A stretch of 63,654 bases of DNA, the filler included, from Microthyrium microscopicum (lineage: Eukaryota): the NCBI GenBank assembly GCA_010405405.1. It is 11 parts of 5 records of this genome, joined end to end, with 100 filler letters (N's around TTAATTAATTAA, not from the genome) between each part and the next. Parts side by side here need not be neighbours in the genome. Positions count along the whole stretch, not along the records: positions 1 to 3,430 come from MU004242.1; positions 3,531 to 34,502 come from MU004243.1; 9 more parts are not named here. One strand, written 5' to 3'. Below are positions 1-14,089 of this stretch, one piece after another (position 1 is the first letter of the stretch; the number at the start of each line of letters is the position of its first letter). The notes beneath the pieces are model-generated. The model did not search any database, was not told the origin of the DNA, and saw nothing but the letters and a program-made list of their open reading frames with translations. The translations under genes were made by a program, and so were the position numbers.

Positions 1-59
1 GTAAGTATTTATACCTAACTATTATAAAAAAAATAACTTATATTAACTATTTATATTAA

Positions 60-1260
60 ACTTAGCTAGTCTAGAGTTAGTTTACTTCTATTAAATATAT
101 CTACCTATATAGTTAGTATATATATTTTATTTATAGTTAAATTAAAATACTAATACTTATAATATAAGCTAATAACTTCTATTAATAGCTATAATAGTAT
201 CTTTAAAAGAAGCTAATCTAGTCTATAAGTCTACTACGTATAAAAATAAAGTTAATAATTCTACTATTCTTATTAAATCTAACTTATATATTTATAACTC
301 TTTAGGACAGTTTATTTCTAAAGATTAAAGTAATAATACTAGCTAGTACAATAAGCTTTATACTCCTATATCTAGCTAAGCGCTCTATTGTAACTTTATA
401 AAGAATAATACTATTATACTATTTCTTATTCTAGCTATAGGCTTTAAATTTATTATATATATACGTAAGGTGTATATAAGTAAAGAAACTACTAAGTCTA
501 TATATATACTTTTTTTTAGGAAAGATCCTCTTATTTTCTAGACTATTAATTACTTTATAGTATTTAGTAGTACTTTATTTAAGAATAATATCCTAACTAT
601 AAAAACTATTCTTAAATTCTCTACTACTACTTACTACTATTACGTAATTAGAAGCCCGCAGATTTAGGCTAGATTTAACGATATCTATTAGAAAGTAATA
701 CTATTTAGACTACGCTTTAAGTATTAGCTTAATATATACTTAATATAATTACTTACCCGTTGAATAAACTTAAAGTATATTATATATAGACATTAAGATT
801 TGTATTTACTAATTAAATTAAATATTCTTACTAAATTTAGTATATCTTCTAGTTTCCTAGAAAAAAACAATAAGTATATTTTTTTATATAAAAATACTTA
901 CTATTTTACGCTATATCTAGCTATAGAATTTTTATATTCTTAACTATTTATTTCGTTCTTAAATATTAGTTTTAAACTTAATATATTCCTATTTTTAATA
1001 GGGTAGACTTTATTAGCTATACTTATAGTACTTATAATAGCTACTCTATTATCCTTTTTACTACCTATAGCTTAGTCATCGTAGCGTTATAGCGTTATAA
1101 TTATTATAGTATTAATATTATACTACCTTAAATCGTTCTTATCTTTAGCTTTAAAATACTATTTATTATACTTATTTATTATTATAGTAAAACTACTCTC
1201 TTCTCTCTTCGTAAAATTATCTTTATAATTTATTTAAACTCTTTATGCTACTCTAGTAGA
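60..1260 (-). pseudogene. RIP-degenerate multi-exon gene relic, product not recognised
   Basis: Minus-strand frames interrupted mostly by RIP-type stops, with GTAAGT...(CTAA)..AG intron-like segments near 857-901 and 710-756. Ends approximate. Confidence 0.35.
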
Positions 1261-2159
1261 ATATCTTTAGTAACCTTGTTTTTATAATTAAGACTATTTT
1301 GTAAAATATATTAAAATTATATACGTAACTTCTTAATATAATATTAACTATAAGAGATATAAATAAGGTAAAAACTATTTATAGTAAGAATAAGACTTAA
1401 AATATATAGTATAGCATAAATACGAAATAGTTATTTCTATATAATAATTTATTAAGTTTATAAAGGAAGAATATAAGAATACTAAGTTTTTACTCTATAC
1501 TTATTCTAATTTATAAATTACCTAGTAAATTTATAAAAAACTATCTACTAATAAGGGCAAAGATCCTTAATTATACTATAATTTAATTAATTAATATACG
1601 TTTAAAGATAATAAATAATAGAAATATATTAATAAAAGTCTTATATATAGCTCTTTAGTAAGTCTATTCTTAGTAACTTAAGCCTAATAATTAGAATTAT
1701 TCTATTATATTCTAGTATAAGGAAAATATATAGCTTATTAACGCTAACTAGGACTATTACCTTAAAGAACGTTTTAAGATTTATAGTATTCTTATTAAAT
1801 TTAAGGAAATATANNNNNNNNNNTTTATTAGCTAATACTATAGCTAAGTATTTCCTATTAGCTAGAATATTAAGAGGACTATATATTAGCTATAGGATAT
1901 TACTTATTATAGGAGTAATACCTAACTTTTAATAATAGTATAAGTTATTAAGTATAGTAGTAGCGCGTAGTATTTATCTTAAACCTATACCTCTATATAT
2001 AGTACTAAGATAGAGAGACTATACTATAAGAATATATATAAGTAATTATTCTTAAATATAGCGCCTAAGATTATTCTTATATACTATTATCTAACTACTA
2101 ATTATTTAATAGCTTAGTAAAGAACTTAAGCTTTAGTTATAATAAAAGACTATAAGTAA

Positions 2160-2540
2160 CTTACTTATCTCTAACTTAGGCCTACTTAAAGCATTTATAA
2201 AGGCTTATTCTAAGTAGCTTAGTTACTAAATAACTAGTTATAGTAGAAATACTACGATTTTTAAGTTTATTTACTATAACCTTAGGGTAAAACTTAGTAT
2301 ATACTTCTACTATTATTAAGATTTTATTAAAACTTAGAAAATCTACGTAGTATATAAGTAGCTAGGTAAACTTAGCTAATAAGCTACTACTTTCCTAATT
2401 AAGGAAAATATTACTAATAAGTCTATTAAATTAGTATTAAAATTATAAGAGGCTTACTAAAACGTAGTATAGATAACTAATTTTAATTATATTAATATTA
2501 CTTAAAAGTAGTTACTATATATAGACTAGTTATAATATAT
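2160..2540 (+). pseudogene. RIP-degenerate ORF relic, product not recognised
   Basis: Frame LLISNLGLLKAFIKAYSK*LSY*ITSYSRNTTIFKFIYYNLRVKLS... with only TAA/TAG stops. Confidence 0.25.
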
Positions 2541-2924
2541 AATTTAAATCGTAATAACTAGCTATAGCAAAATAGCTATTATAATATATATTATTATTAT
2601 TAATACTCTAACTACCTAAGATATCTAAGGTAATAATAAATATAAGTAGGTAATATATAAATTAATCCTTTCCTTTAATTATATTATAGACTAAGTAAGT
2701 ACTAAGGGTTATACTATTTTCTAATAAGAAGACCTTAGTATCTAATATTATATATAATATAGTAAATAGTAGCAAAGGGGCTAGTATAATATATTAGCTA
2801 AAGTAATATTAAAAAGAGACTAACCTATATAGAGATACAAAGTAATAAAGTTTAAATAAGTTAAAGAATTCTAATAGATAAATAAAATAGTAGTAAAGTA
2901 AGTAGATATATAGTAAGAGAGAGA

Positions 2925-3102
2925 TAAAAGTAAAGATAAAGTAGAAGTAGAAGTAGAGGTAGAGGTTAAAATAGAAGTAGAGGTAGAGGTAAAGGTAGAG
3001 GTAGAGATAGAGATAGAAGTAGAGATAGAGATAGAAGTAAAAGTAGAAGTAGAAGTAGAAGTAGAAGTAAAAGTAAAAGTAGAAGTAGAAGTAGAAGTAG
3101 AA
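2925..3102 (+). repeat. Hexamer microsatellite (GTAGAR/ATAGAG)n
   Basis: About 30 tandem 6-bp units, directly visible. Confidence 0.95.
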
Positions 3103-3430
3103 AGAAAGGAGCTAGAATCTACTAGAATATTAATTAGTAAAGAGTAAAAATAAGGCTAATAATAGTATTAATTAATAAGTAGAATAATACTACTAGCTAG
3201 AATATAAAATAGTTAGAAAAGCTAAATATAGAAATAACTAAAAATAACGTAATAGCTTAAAAGAGTAAGTAAATAGATAGAAACCTTAACCTATAGAATA
3301 AATAAGAGTAAGATTATTAGAGAAAGGTATTACTTAATAAGTAAAGTTACTAATAGTAGAATATATAGTCCTTAACCTTAACGTTAATACCTAGCCTAAA
3401 ATATTTATATAAATATATTTATTTTATATT

Positions 3431-3530
3431 NNNNNNNNNNNNNNNNNNNNNNNNNNNNNNNNNNNNNNNNNNNNTTAATTAATTAANNNNNNNNNNNNNN
3501 NNNNNNNNNNNNNNNNNNNNNNNNNNNNNN
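3431..3530. other. Artificial 100-bp scaffold linker (N44-TTAATTAATTAA-N44); also at 34503-34602, 37107-37206, 39810-39909, 42722-42821, 45183-45282, 47128-47227, 55319-55418, 59987-60086, 61494-61593
   Basis: Identical six-frame-stop 12-mer centred in N runs of identical length. Confidence 0.97.
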
Positions 3531-5500
3531 AGTATAAATAATAATTAAAATATAGAAAATAAAGAAAGAAGTATATTATTATAAAGCTTACTAGTTCTTC
3601 TAACTCTAGCTAAATCCTTACCTAACCTTAAACTAAAATATTACTAACTCTACTCTTTAATACTACTACTTTTTTCTACTTAGTAATTATAGAAATACTA
3701 TTCTTTTATATTTCTTAATAATAAACTCTATATAAAAGAAAATTATTTATTCTACTATTAATTATACTAGTTAAAGACTTATAATAATAATATACTACTT
3801 ATAAAATATAGTAAAACTATAATAAATATATATATAACTAGTACTTTAATAAATTAGTCTTTAGAGAAATAAGCAAGTTTCTAAAAGAACTATAAGATAT
3901 ATTAAAGTAAATATACTTAATAAAGCTTAATATTAATACTAATTTTATTATACTAACTAATTAAAGTAGCCTAAAATATATTCTAAAAAAACTTAGAAAG
4001 TTATTAAGTAATAAGCTCTTCTATCTTACTAATAATATTACTTTATATATATTTTATATTCTTTTACTATATAAACCTTTTTTAGGTCTACTATACTTTT
4101 AGTATTAATACTACTTAGATATAAATACTTAAACTTATAAAGTATTAAAGTATATTAAAATATAGAAATATAATAATAAAGATAAATTTACTAGTTTATA
4201 TAAGATTAGTAAGTATATTAAAGTAGTTCTTATTACTTAGTATAAAATTACTTTATATTATTCTTACTTAATAACTATTTAATAAATTATATTAGCTATA
4301 AAATTCTATACGTCTTTACTATTTATTTATTATATAACTTTAGTACTATATCTTACTAAATATTAATAACTTTTATAGTATATTTTTATTCTAAGACTTA
4401 TATTACTTCTTTAATATTAATAAAGTTATATATACTAATTATAAAGAAATTTAGCTATTTAATTTTAATATATTTTAATATCTACTTATAACTACTAAGG
4501 TTACCTTTACTTAAAAGTACTATAAAAATATATAAAATAACTTCTATTTTTATTAATATAAAGCTAAAAAAGAAATAAATAATATATTTATACTTAGCTT
4601 ATTAAGCTATTTATTTTTTATATCTTTTTATTATAGTAAAAAAATATTCTTTATAAAGATTAACTTAGTAACCTTATTACTACTAAGGTTACTAAAATAT
4701 ATAAAATTACTTTTTATTTCTACTAATATAAAGCTAAAAAAGAAATAAATAATATATCTATACTTAGCTTATTAAGCTACTTATTTTCTATATCTTTTTA
4801 CTATAGTAAAAAAATATTCTTTATAAGAATTAACTTAATAACTTTATTACTACTAAGGTTACTAAAATATATAAAATTACTTCTATTTTTACTAATATAA
4901 GGCTAAAAAATAAATAGTTAATATATCTATATTTAGCTTATTAAGCTACTTATTTTTTATATTTTTCTATAATAGTAAAAAAAACGTTCTCTATAAAGAT
5001 TAAATAAGTAACTTTATTATATATAAGATTTAAACTTATAATTTTAACTTTATATAATAGTAGAGTTATATACTACTATTATACTAATATAGTAAAATTT
5101 TAAACTAAACTATAGTATTAAAGTTAGAATAAATTTAAAGTTAAAGTTTATAATTTTTAAATATATATTATTATATATTACTACTACTAATATTTAGCTA
5201 CTATTTACTTTAATTCTAGCTCTACTTAAATCTTTCTACTTAAAATTTATTTAGTAAAAATATACTAGGATTAAAATAAACCTAAGAAAATTTCCTAAAA
5301 AAATTTCTAGCTATTTACTTTAACTTTTAATACTAATATTTAGTATTTACTCTTAATACTAAAATCTAATATATACTCTTAGTACTTAGCTTTTATTAGC
5401 TTTAATTACTAATATATATATTTAATATTTACTTCTTAATTTAGTTTCTAGCTCTTAGCTTCTAGTTTTTAGTTCTTAGCTCCTAGTTTCTAGCTCTTAG
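3531..5500 (+). repeat. Direct segmental duplication, copy 1 (three 170-bp internal units at ~4525-5035)
   Basis: Colinear with 6298-8126; differences are transitions; TACTAAGGTTACTAAAATAT recurs at 4681 and 4851. Confidence 0.93.
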
Positions 5501-6297
5501 TATATAGTAGACGTTTGTAAGCTAGAGTTAGGTTAGTCTATATGCAAAATGTTAAACTATTAAAAGTTTATATTTTTAGTAGAGAGATACTTCTATACCT
5601 TTATAACTTCTTTAATATCTACTTAATAAATATGCTTTAAAGCTTATATTACTTAGGTTAACGTTCTCTATTAAATATATATAATTTTATATAATATAGT
5701 ACTCTTATTAGGTAGATAGATTTAATAGTATAAAGTTAGAACTTAGTAAAAATTCTATTATTAAAATACTACGTTAAGAAGACTTAGTAAGGTAATTTAC
5801 TAATAGAATATAATCTCTTCTTTAACTATTAGTAATAATACTTACTAAATTAATACCTAATAGTATAATACTACTTTACTTTATAGCTTTATATATTATT
5901 TACTTATATTTACTTTATCTAAAGTTAACTCTTTATTTAATTCTAGTAGTCTTAGTAACTTACTTTAAAGAGCTCTTTAAAAACTATAACCTAGCTTTTT
6001 TAATATTCTTTTTAGGCTATAGTTTTTAAGAAGCCTATAGTAATATTTAGATTATTAATATACTATACTATATTACGCTATATTATAATTAAGCTAAAAG
6101 TTAATAGTCTTAAATAAATATATTTACTCTATATACTATAGTTACTAACTATTATAATATAAGACTACTAAATAACTAGATTATAAACTTTAGATAGCCC
6201 TTTAGTACCTTATTATAAGACTAGAATATAGTAATAATAAGTACTACTCTAATTTATTATAGTAAATATTAAATAATTTATATATACTAAAGAAGAT

Positions 6298-8126
6298 AGT
6301 ATAAATAATAATTAAGATATAGAAGATAAAGAAAGAAGTATATTATTATAGAGTTTATTAATCTTCTTAATTCTAGCTAAACTTTTACTTAATCTTAAAC
6401 TAAAATATTACTAACTTTACTCTTTAATACTACTACTTTTTTTTATTTAGTAATTATAGAAATACTATTCTTCTATATTTCTTAATAATAAACTCTATAC
6501 GAAAAGAAACTACTTATTCTACTATTAATTATACTAGTTAAAGACTTATAATAGTAATATACTACTTATAAAATATAGTAAAACTATAATAAATATATAT
6601 ATAACTAGTACTTTAATAAATTAGCCCTTAGAGAAATAAGTAAGTTTCTAAAAGGACTATAAGATATATTAAAGTAGATATACTTAATAGAGCTTAATAT
6701 TAATACTAATCTTATTATACTAACTAACTAAAGTAGCTTAGAATATATCCTAGAAAAACTTAGAAAGTTATTAAGTAATAAGCTCTTCTATCTTATTAAT
6801 AATACTATTCTATATATACTCTATATCCTTCTATTATATAAACCTTCTTTAAGTTTACTATACTTTTAGTATTAATACTACTTAGATATAAATGTCTAGA
6901 CTTATAGAGTATTAAGGTATATTAAAATATAGAAGTATAATAATAAGAATAAATTTACTAGTCTATATAAGATTAATAAGTATATTAAAGTAGTTCTTAT
7001 TACTTAGTATAAAATTACTTTATATTATTTTTACTTAATAACTATCTAGTAAATTATATTAACTATAAAATTCTATATACTTTTACTATTTACTTACTAT
7101 ATAACTTTAGTACTATATCTTACTAGATATTAATAACTTTTATAATATATCTTTATTCTAGGACTTATATTACTTTTTTAATATTAATAAAGTTATATAT
7201 ACTAATTATAGAGAAATTTAGCTATTTAATTTTAATATATTTTAATATCTATCTATAACTACTAAGGTTACTTTTACTTAAAAGTATTATAAAAGTATAT
7301 AAAATAACCTTTATCTCTATTAATATAAAGCTAAAAAAGAAATAGATAATATATTTATACTTAGCTTATTAAGCTACTTATTTTCTATATCTTTTTACTA
7401 TAGTAAAAAAATATTCTCTATAGGGATTAACTTAGTAACTTTACTACTACTAAGATTACTAAAATATATAAAATTATTTCTATTTCTACTAATATAAAGC
7501 TAAAAAATAAATAGATAACGTATCTATATTTAGCTTATTAAGCTACTTATTTTCTATATCTTTCTATAATAGTAAAAAAAATATTTTTTATAAAGATTAA
7601 ATAAGTAACCCTACTATATATAGAATTTAAACTTATAACCTTAACTTTATATAATAATAGAGTTACGTACTACTATTATACTAATATAATAAAATTTTAG
7701 ACTAAATTATAGTACTAAAGTTAGAATAAATTTAGGATTAGAGTTTATAGTTTTTAAATATATACTACTATATACTACTACTACTAATATTTAGCTATTA
7801 TCTATCTTAATTTTAGCTTTACTTAAATCTTTCTACTTAAAATTTATTTAGTAAAAATATACTAGGGTTAAAATAAACTTAAGAAAATTCCTTAAAAAAA
7901 TTCCTAGCTATTTATTTTAACTCTTAATACTAATATTTAGTATTTACTCTTAATACTAAAATCTAATATATACTCCTAGTACCTAGCTTCTATTAGCTTT
8001 AATTACTAGTATATATATTTAATATTTACTTTCTAATCTAGCTTTTAGCTTTTAGCTCCTAGCTCTTAGCTTTTAGCTTTTAGCTCTTAGCTCTTAGCTC
8101 CTAGCTCCTAGCTTTTAGCTCTTAGT
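6298..8126 (+). repeat. Direct segmental duplication, copy 2 (two 170-bp units), ending in a 7-bp (TAGCTYY)n array
   Basis: Colinear with 3531-5500. The 7-bp arrays lie at ~5443-5500 and ~8038-8126. Confidence 0.93.
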
Positions 8127-8170
8127 ACTTTAACTCCTATATATATTAACTTCTATCTATTTTAACTTTT

Positions 8171-9262
8171 ATTTATCTTAATTCCTAATACTAATATATA
8201 CTTAAGTACTTCTCTTTTTAGTATTATAGCTAGTTATTAAATTAAATTTAGTAGCGTATCTTAGTAATAAAGCTTAATATTAGTTAAGGTATCTTATTTT
8301 TAAAAGTATAAGAATTATACTTTATTCTAATATTATTCTTTATTATTTTTAGATTAATTAACCTTATTTAGAGATTATTTTTTATATTTAAGAATAAATA
8401 GAAGACAATATATTTAGTAAATATTTCCTAATAATATATTAATTTTATTATAAGACTTAAATAGAGAGCTTAGAAGTATATTTATAAATAGATTAACTTA
8501 AGTAAATAATATTTCTAATATTAATTTTTATAAAGTTCTACTATTATCTTAGATATAAAGATACTTACTAGTATCTATATATTTATCTATATCTACTTTA
8601 ATTCCTAATACTAATATTTAATATTTTTTTCTAGTTTCTAACTTTTATACTTATATATAAAGTTAACTATTATTCTTAAAGTAGTATTAGTTTACTATAC
8701 TACTTATAAAGNNNNNNNNNNATCTATCTTAACTTCTAATACTAATACGTACTTAAATACTTCCTTTTTTAGTATTATAGCTAGTTACTAAATTAAATTT
8801 AGTAGTATATCTTAATAATAAAGCTTAATATTAGTTAAAATATTTTATTTTTAAAAGTATAAGAACTATACTTTATTCTAATATTATTCTTTATTATTTC
8901 TAGATTAATTAACCTTATTTAGAGACTATCTTCTATATTTAAGAATAAATAGAAGATAATATATTTAGTAGATATTTCCTAATAATATATTAATCTTATT
9001 ATAAAACTTAAATAAAGAGCTTAAAGGTATATTTATAAATAGATTAGCTTAAGTAAACTATATTTCTTATATTAATTTCTATAAGGTTCTATTATTACCT
9101 TAGATATAAAGATACTTACTAATATCTATATATTTATCTATATCTACTTTAACTCTTAATACTAATATTTAATATTTCTTTCTAATTTCTAGCTTTTATA
9201 CTTATATATAAAGTTAACTATTATTCTTAAAGTAGTATTAGTTTACTATACTACTTATAAAG
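8171..9262 (+). repeat. ~540-bp direct duplication either side of a 10-N gap (8171-8711 / 8722-9262)
   Basis: Colinear copies with transition differences; the junction is the gap. Confidence 0.85.
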
Positions 9263-11625
9263 GTAATTATACTATTATTTATATATTAGCTAAGCTTAAT
9301 ATATATATTATTTATATTTATAGCTTCTTTCTTTACTTCTCTTATTCTATACTTCTTTTTTTCTTCTTTACTTTACTACCTTTATTCTTTTCTCTTTTAC
9401 TCTTTATTCTTTATAATAGTTAATATTATAGTAATATATAAAATAAATAAATAAATAAGTTAATTTTATATAGAAAGTTTTACTATATATACTAATCTAT
9501 AAACTTTATTTTAGCTATATTACTATATTAAGTACTTAGTAAGACTTTATAGTTAAGGCCTTTAATATTATTAATTAAGAAGTAAGTATATAAAGTACTA
9601 TAGTATATATACTAATAGTAAGATTTAATAATAGTATCTTCTATTTATATCTAGCTATTAATACTTATAATATAGCTATTTAGTTACGTCTTTATAGTAA
9701 AACCTAATATAAATATAGCCCTATTTAGTTATAGTAGCTATATAATTAAAGTTATTACTAATATCCTTAATAATTAGCTTAATCTTACTATAGATTATAA
9801 TAGTATTAATTATAAAGTTAGCTATAATAGATACTATTTATATAGTATTAGAAAATACTTTTATATTTATCTTTACGTAAGTAGTTTATAAAAACCTAAT
9901 ATTTAATAAGCTATTACTAAATATAATATATAGACTATTAGCTAGAAATAGTTAAATAGCTAACTATAGTTTCTTATTTATATATAAGTCTAAACTAAAA
10001 TTATATTTTAGTTAGTACTAATACTATACTAGTACTAAGATTATTTAATAAAAATATAATAACTCTATAGCCTTTTTTAGTAATAAAGCTAAGTATATAT
10101 TAGACTTTAAGATTATTTTAAAACTACTATAGATAATAAAAGTAGTTACTAAATAACTAGCTAGAAGTATAATAGCGTCTAACTCTTAGAGCCTTTAAAA
10201 CTAAGAGTTTAAAGTACTTTATTCTAATAAAGAAGTTTATTAAATAGATTCTTAAGGTATTAGCTTTTAAGTCTTAATAATTAGTATTATCTATATAGAT
10301 AGTATAAGCCTAATTATAAATAAAATATATTTTAAAACCTAAATAATAATAATAATCTAGTACTAAAGTTATAATTTAGATTATAGTTTAGAACCTAAGT
10401 AATAAGAATTAACTATTTATTAACTTATATAAATAATATAAAACTATAACTTAGTATAAGATATATATTAATTTTATATTATAATTCTATTATACTTCCT
10501 TAAGGTAATAATAAAAGAAGTATAAAATATTATTATATTTATTTAAATTAATTCTTAGAGGTATATAAAATCTATAACTTAGTATAATATACTACTTTAG
10601 GGTTATACTTTTTATATATTTCTTTATAGTAATAGTAAAAGAAATATAATATACTAATTTAGAGTTATAACTTTTATATACCTTTTTATAATAATAAGAA
10701 AGAATTATAATATACTAGTCCTAGGCTATAGTTTTTATTTATCTTTTAGGCTTTAGTAGTAAAGAAAGTATAATATAGTATTATACTTATAATAAAAAAA
10801 AATATTAAGGTATATATTATATAAGTTATTAATATAGATAAAATTTAAAAACTAGAAGTAGAATAATTATATATATTAGAATACTTAAGGCTAAGAAGAT
10901 TTAGCTTAGAGATACTAGAACTTTCTAAACTAGAATCTAGTATTTAATTTTTATATAATAACTATAAGTAAGAAAGGTTAGAAAACTAGGCTATTACTTA
11001 CTTAAGATAGACTAGTTACTTAATAGTAATTTTATATTAATATTAATAACTTTAAGAACTTACTATATATTATAATTATAACCTTAATATTTTAATTACT
11101 ATTTATAATAATATAGTAATAGTAGGAAATACCTTAATATAAGTAAGTAACTTTTAGTTTCTAAGTTAGATATAGTAACTAACTAAGCGTTACTTTACTC
11201 TTACTTAATTCTATATAATAAATTAAAATATAAATACTTTATATACTAAATTTTTATCTTTCTCTTTTTATATCTACTAATACTTAATCTATATTTACTA
11301 TATCTATTATTATAAGCTTTATAACTTCTTTACGTAAAGCCTCCTACCTATATAAAATAATAGAAAAGTAAATAGAAGAGTAAATAAAAAGGCTAATAAA
11401 AGAGTAAATATAAACTAAACTAGATATATACCTTAAAGAATTACTTAGATTTTATAACCTTTTATAATTAATAATCTTACTAAAGCTAATACTAGCTAAT
11501 ATAATAGTATAGGATATTAAATTATAGAAAGATTTTAATCTTAATAATATAAACTAGCTATATAACTTTATTTAAACGTTTATAATTCTATATATATATA
11601 GTTAACCTTCCTAACGTTTTATAAC

Positions 11626-11690
11626 TAATAATAATAATAATAATAATAATAATAGTAATAATATTAATAGTAATAATAATAATAGTAATA
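11626..11690 (+). repeat. (AAT)n microsatellite
   Basis: Directly visible. Confidence 0.9.
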
Positions 11691-12139
11691 AAGGTTTTAG
11701 GTATTTAGATACGTTAGATAAGAATAACTTAGACTTAGAGAATAATATAGACTTAAAGGATTTAAGTTCTAATAAAGATTAGAGTTATAAATCTTATAAT
11801 TAATAGTTAATATAATTTAAGTTAAATTATAAAATAATATCTATACTTTAGATACTAAAGTAAATAGATAGATTTAAATTAAGATTAATAAATTTAATAT
11901 TTAACTTCTTTATTATATTAACTACTAATATAACTTTCTTTTACTAATACTAATTTATAATAATAAGAATATAATAACTTACTATAGTAATAATTATAAT
12001 TAAGATATAAATAGATTAAGAATATATATAGAAATAATACTAGTATAAGTATAAATAATAATAATATATATAATATTAATAATATTATTTAATAAATAAT
12101 ATTAGAAAAGTTAACTAGACTAAACTATTAGTACTCTAA

Positions 12140-12410
12140 ACTCCTAGCTAACTCTAAGCTAATTCTAGGTTAACTCTATATATAGATAGGCTAATATTTA
12201 AACCCTAGGCTAGTATTTAAACCTAAGCTAACTATAGACTAATCTTAGGCTAACTCTAGGCTAACCCTAGGCTAATTCTATATATAAGTAAGCTAATATT
12301 TAAACTCTAGGCTAATTTTTAAACTCTAGGCTAGTATTTAAACTATATACTAAACTAGGCTAATCTTATACTAATTTTATATTAATTCTATACTAACCCT
12401 ACGCTAATTT
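12140..12410 (+). repeat. Degenerate 11-bp tandem repeat (GGCTAACCCTA-like)
   Basis: e.g. ggctaactcta-ggctaacccta-ggctaattcta at ~12248-12280; related array at 15690-15780. Confidence 0.8.
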
Positions 12411-13790
12411 AATATTTAGTATTAAAAATAGAATAGAAGGTAATATATAGAAATAAGTTAAATTTCTTAGAAATATATATACTACTCTAGTAGTTTATAT
12501 AAATTATAAAATATTCTAGATAAAGCTTAAAATATATATTTTTAACTTTATATAAGAAAGCTTTAATAAAGATATAATACTTTATATAATTACTAACCTT
12601 TTTTATAAGCTTAGTTATAAGTAGTAATCTAGTTTAATATTATTTTAAAATATTAAATAACTAGTCTAATATTTACTAAATAGAGCCTACTAGATTAATA
12701 TTATTATACTAGGTAAATTACTAGTCTAAACTATAATTTAATAATTTTTAAACTTATAAAACTTAGTAAACTTTATAGTTTAATATTAGCGCTTAATAGT
12801 AGAAGTACTTTAATAAGTAGTTTACTTTTAGTAGTTAATAAATATAACTAGTTAATATAGATACTTTATTTACTTAATCTAGTTATAAATTTAAGTATAA
12901 ATTAACTACTAATCTTATAGTTATTAGTAGAAGTAGCGTACTTAGAAGTAGCTTTAGTACTACTTATCTTATAAAGAGTAGTTCTTATAGTAGACGTTAT
13001 AGTTAAATATTAGTAGAACTCTAATTACTATTAAAGACCTTTAAACTCTTAAATTACTTAATTAGCTTAATAATAAAATTATTAATAGCTTTTTTACTAA
13101 GCTTTATAAAAAGGCTAAGTCTAAACTTACTAAATAGATAAAAATAGTAGAAACTCTAATTAAAGATAATATTCTATAATATTATATACTTAATACCTAT
13201 TAGTTCTCTAAAATATAATAATAAAATAGTATTAAAAAGATTACTTACTAAATAAAGCGCTAAAAAATTAGTAGAAAAAATTTTCTTAGTATTTATAAAC
13301 TCTTTATTTTAATTTATTAACTTAGGTAGTTACTAGACTCTACTAACTATTCTTTCTTAATAACGTTAAGTACGTTAGTATAACTCTTTATTTATTAGTA
13401 AAGGACCTATTCTTACTTTAGCTAAAGAAATACTTTAATATAAGTTAAGTAATACTTAGAACGAGAGTAAATAAATATTTAAGAAAGTAGAAAGTAGTTA
13501 TTAATAAAACTTTTTAAATTATAGTACCTTTATCTTTATAAATACTTAAGCTACCTTTTATACTAATAATCTACCTAATATTTTTCCTAACTAATATAAT
13601 AAAGTAATATAATAACTAATTAGTTTAATTATCCTTTATAGTAGCTTAAAAGGTAACTTTAACTACTTAAAGGCTTAGTATAGTAGCTTTTATTTAGAAA
13701 CTTTATAAAATATTTCTAACTATCCTTTTTATAGAGTATAATATTAGTAGAGAGCTTATCTACTATAGAGGATAGCCTATTTTTTTCTTA
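12410..13790 (-). pseudogene. RIP-degenerate gene relic, product not recognised
   Basis: Long minus-strand frame (about 13320 to 12410) with only TAA/TAG stops, plus an upstream exon and a GTAAG...CTAAC..AG intron near 13360-13415. Confidence 0.35.
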
Positions 13791-13835
13791 ATCTAATATA
13801 TTTTTCTTATTAATATATATATATTTCTAACTAAA

Positions 13836-14089
13836 GATTATCCTTTTATTAATAATATAATCTCTTACTATTACTAATTCCTATTATTAGTAATATATCC
13901 TATTATTATAGATATATTCTATTATTATAGATATAGCCTCTTATTAAAGATATATTCTTTTACTAGAAAGATATCCTCTTATTAATAATATAATCTCTTA
14001 CTATTACTAAATCCTATTGTTAGTAACGCATCCTATCATTATAGATATATTCTATTATTATAGATATAGCCTCTTATTAAAGATATATT
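13836..14089 (+). repeat. Two tandem copies of a ~133-bp unit with ~21-bp sub-repeats
   Basis: AATAATATAATCTCTTACTATTACTAA at 13851 and 13984. Confidence 0.85.

Noticed and set aside
3475..3486. Recurring TTAATTAATTAA palindrome (10 copies)
   Set aside because: Always centred in identical N runs; it is an assembly linker, not biological sequence.
8171..9262. 540-bp tandem duplication as a biological event
   Set aside because: The junction is exactly a 10-N gap; it may be overlapping contig ends from different RIPped copies.
10450..10790. Possible Cys-rich zinc-cluster repeats on the minus strand
   Set aside because: TAT/TAC codons are ambiguous after RIP (Y/C/H/R), and no consistent spacing could be established.
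12140..12410. Interstitial telomere tract
   Set aside because: The period is 11 bp, not (CCCTAA)n; only isolated hexamers are present.
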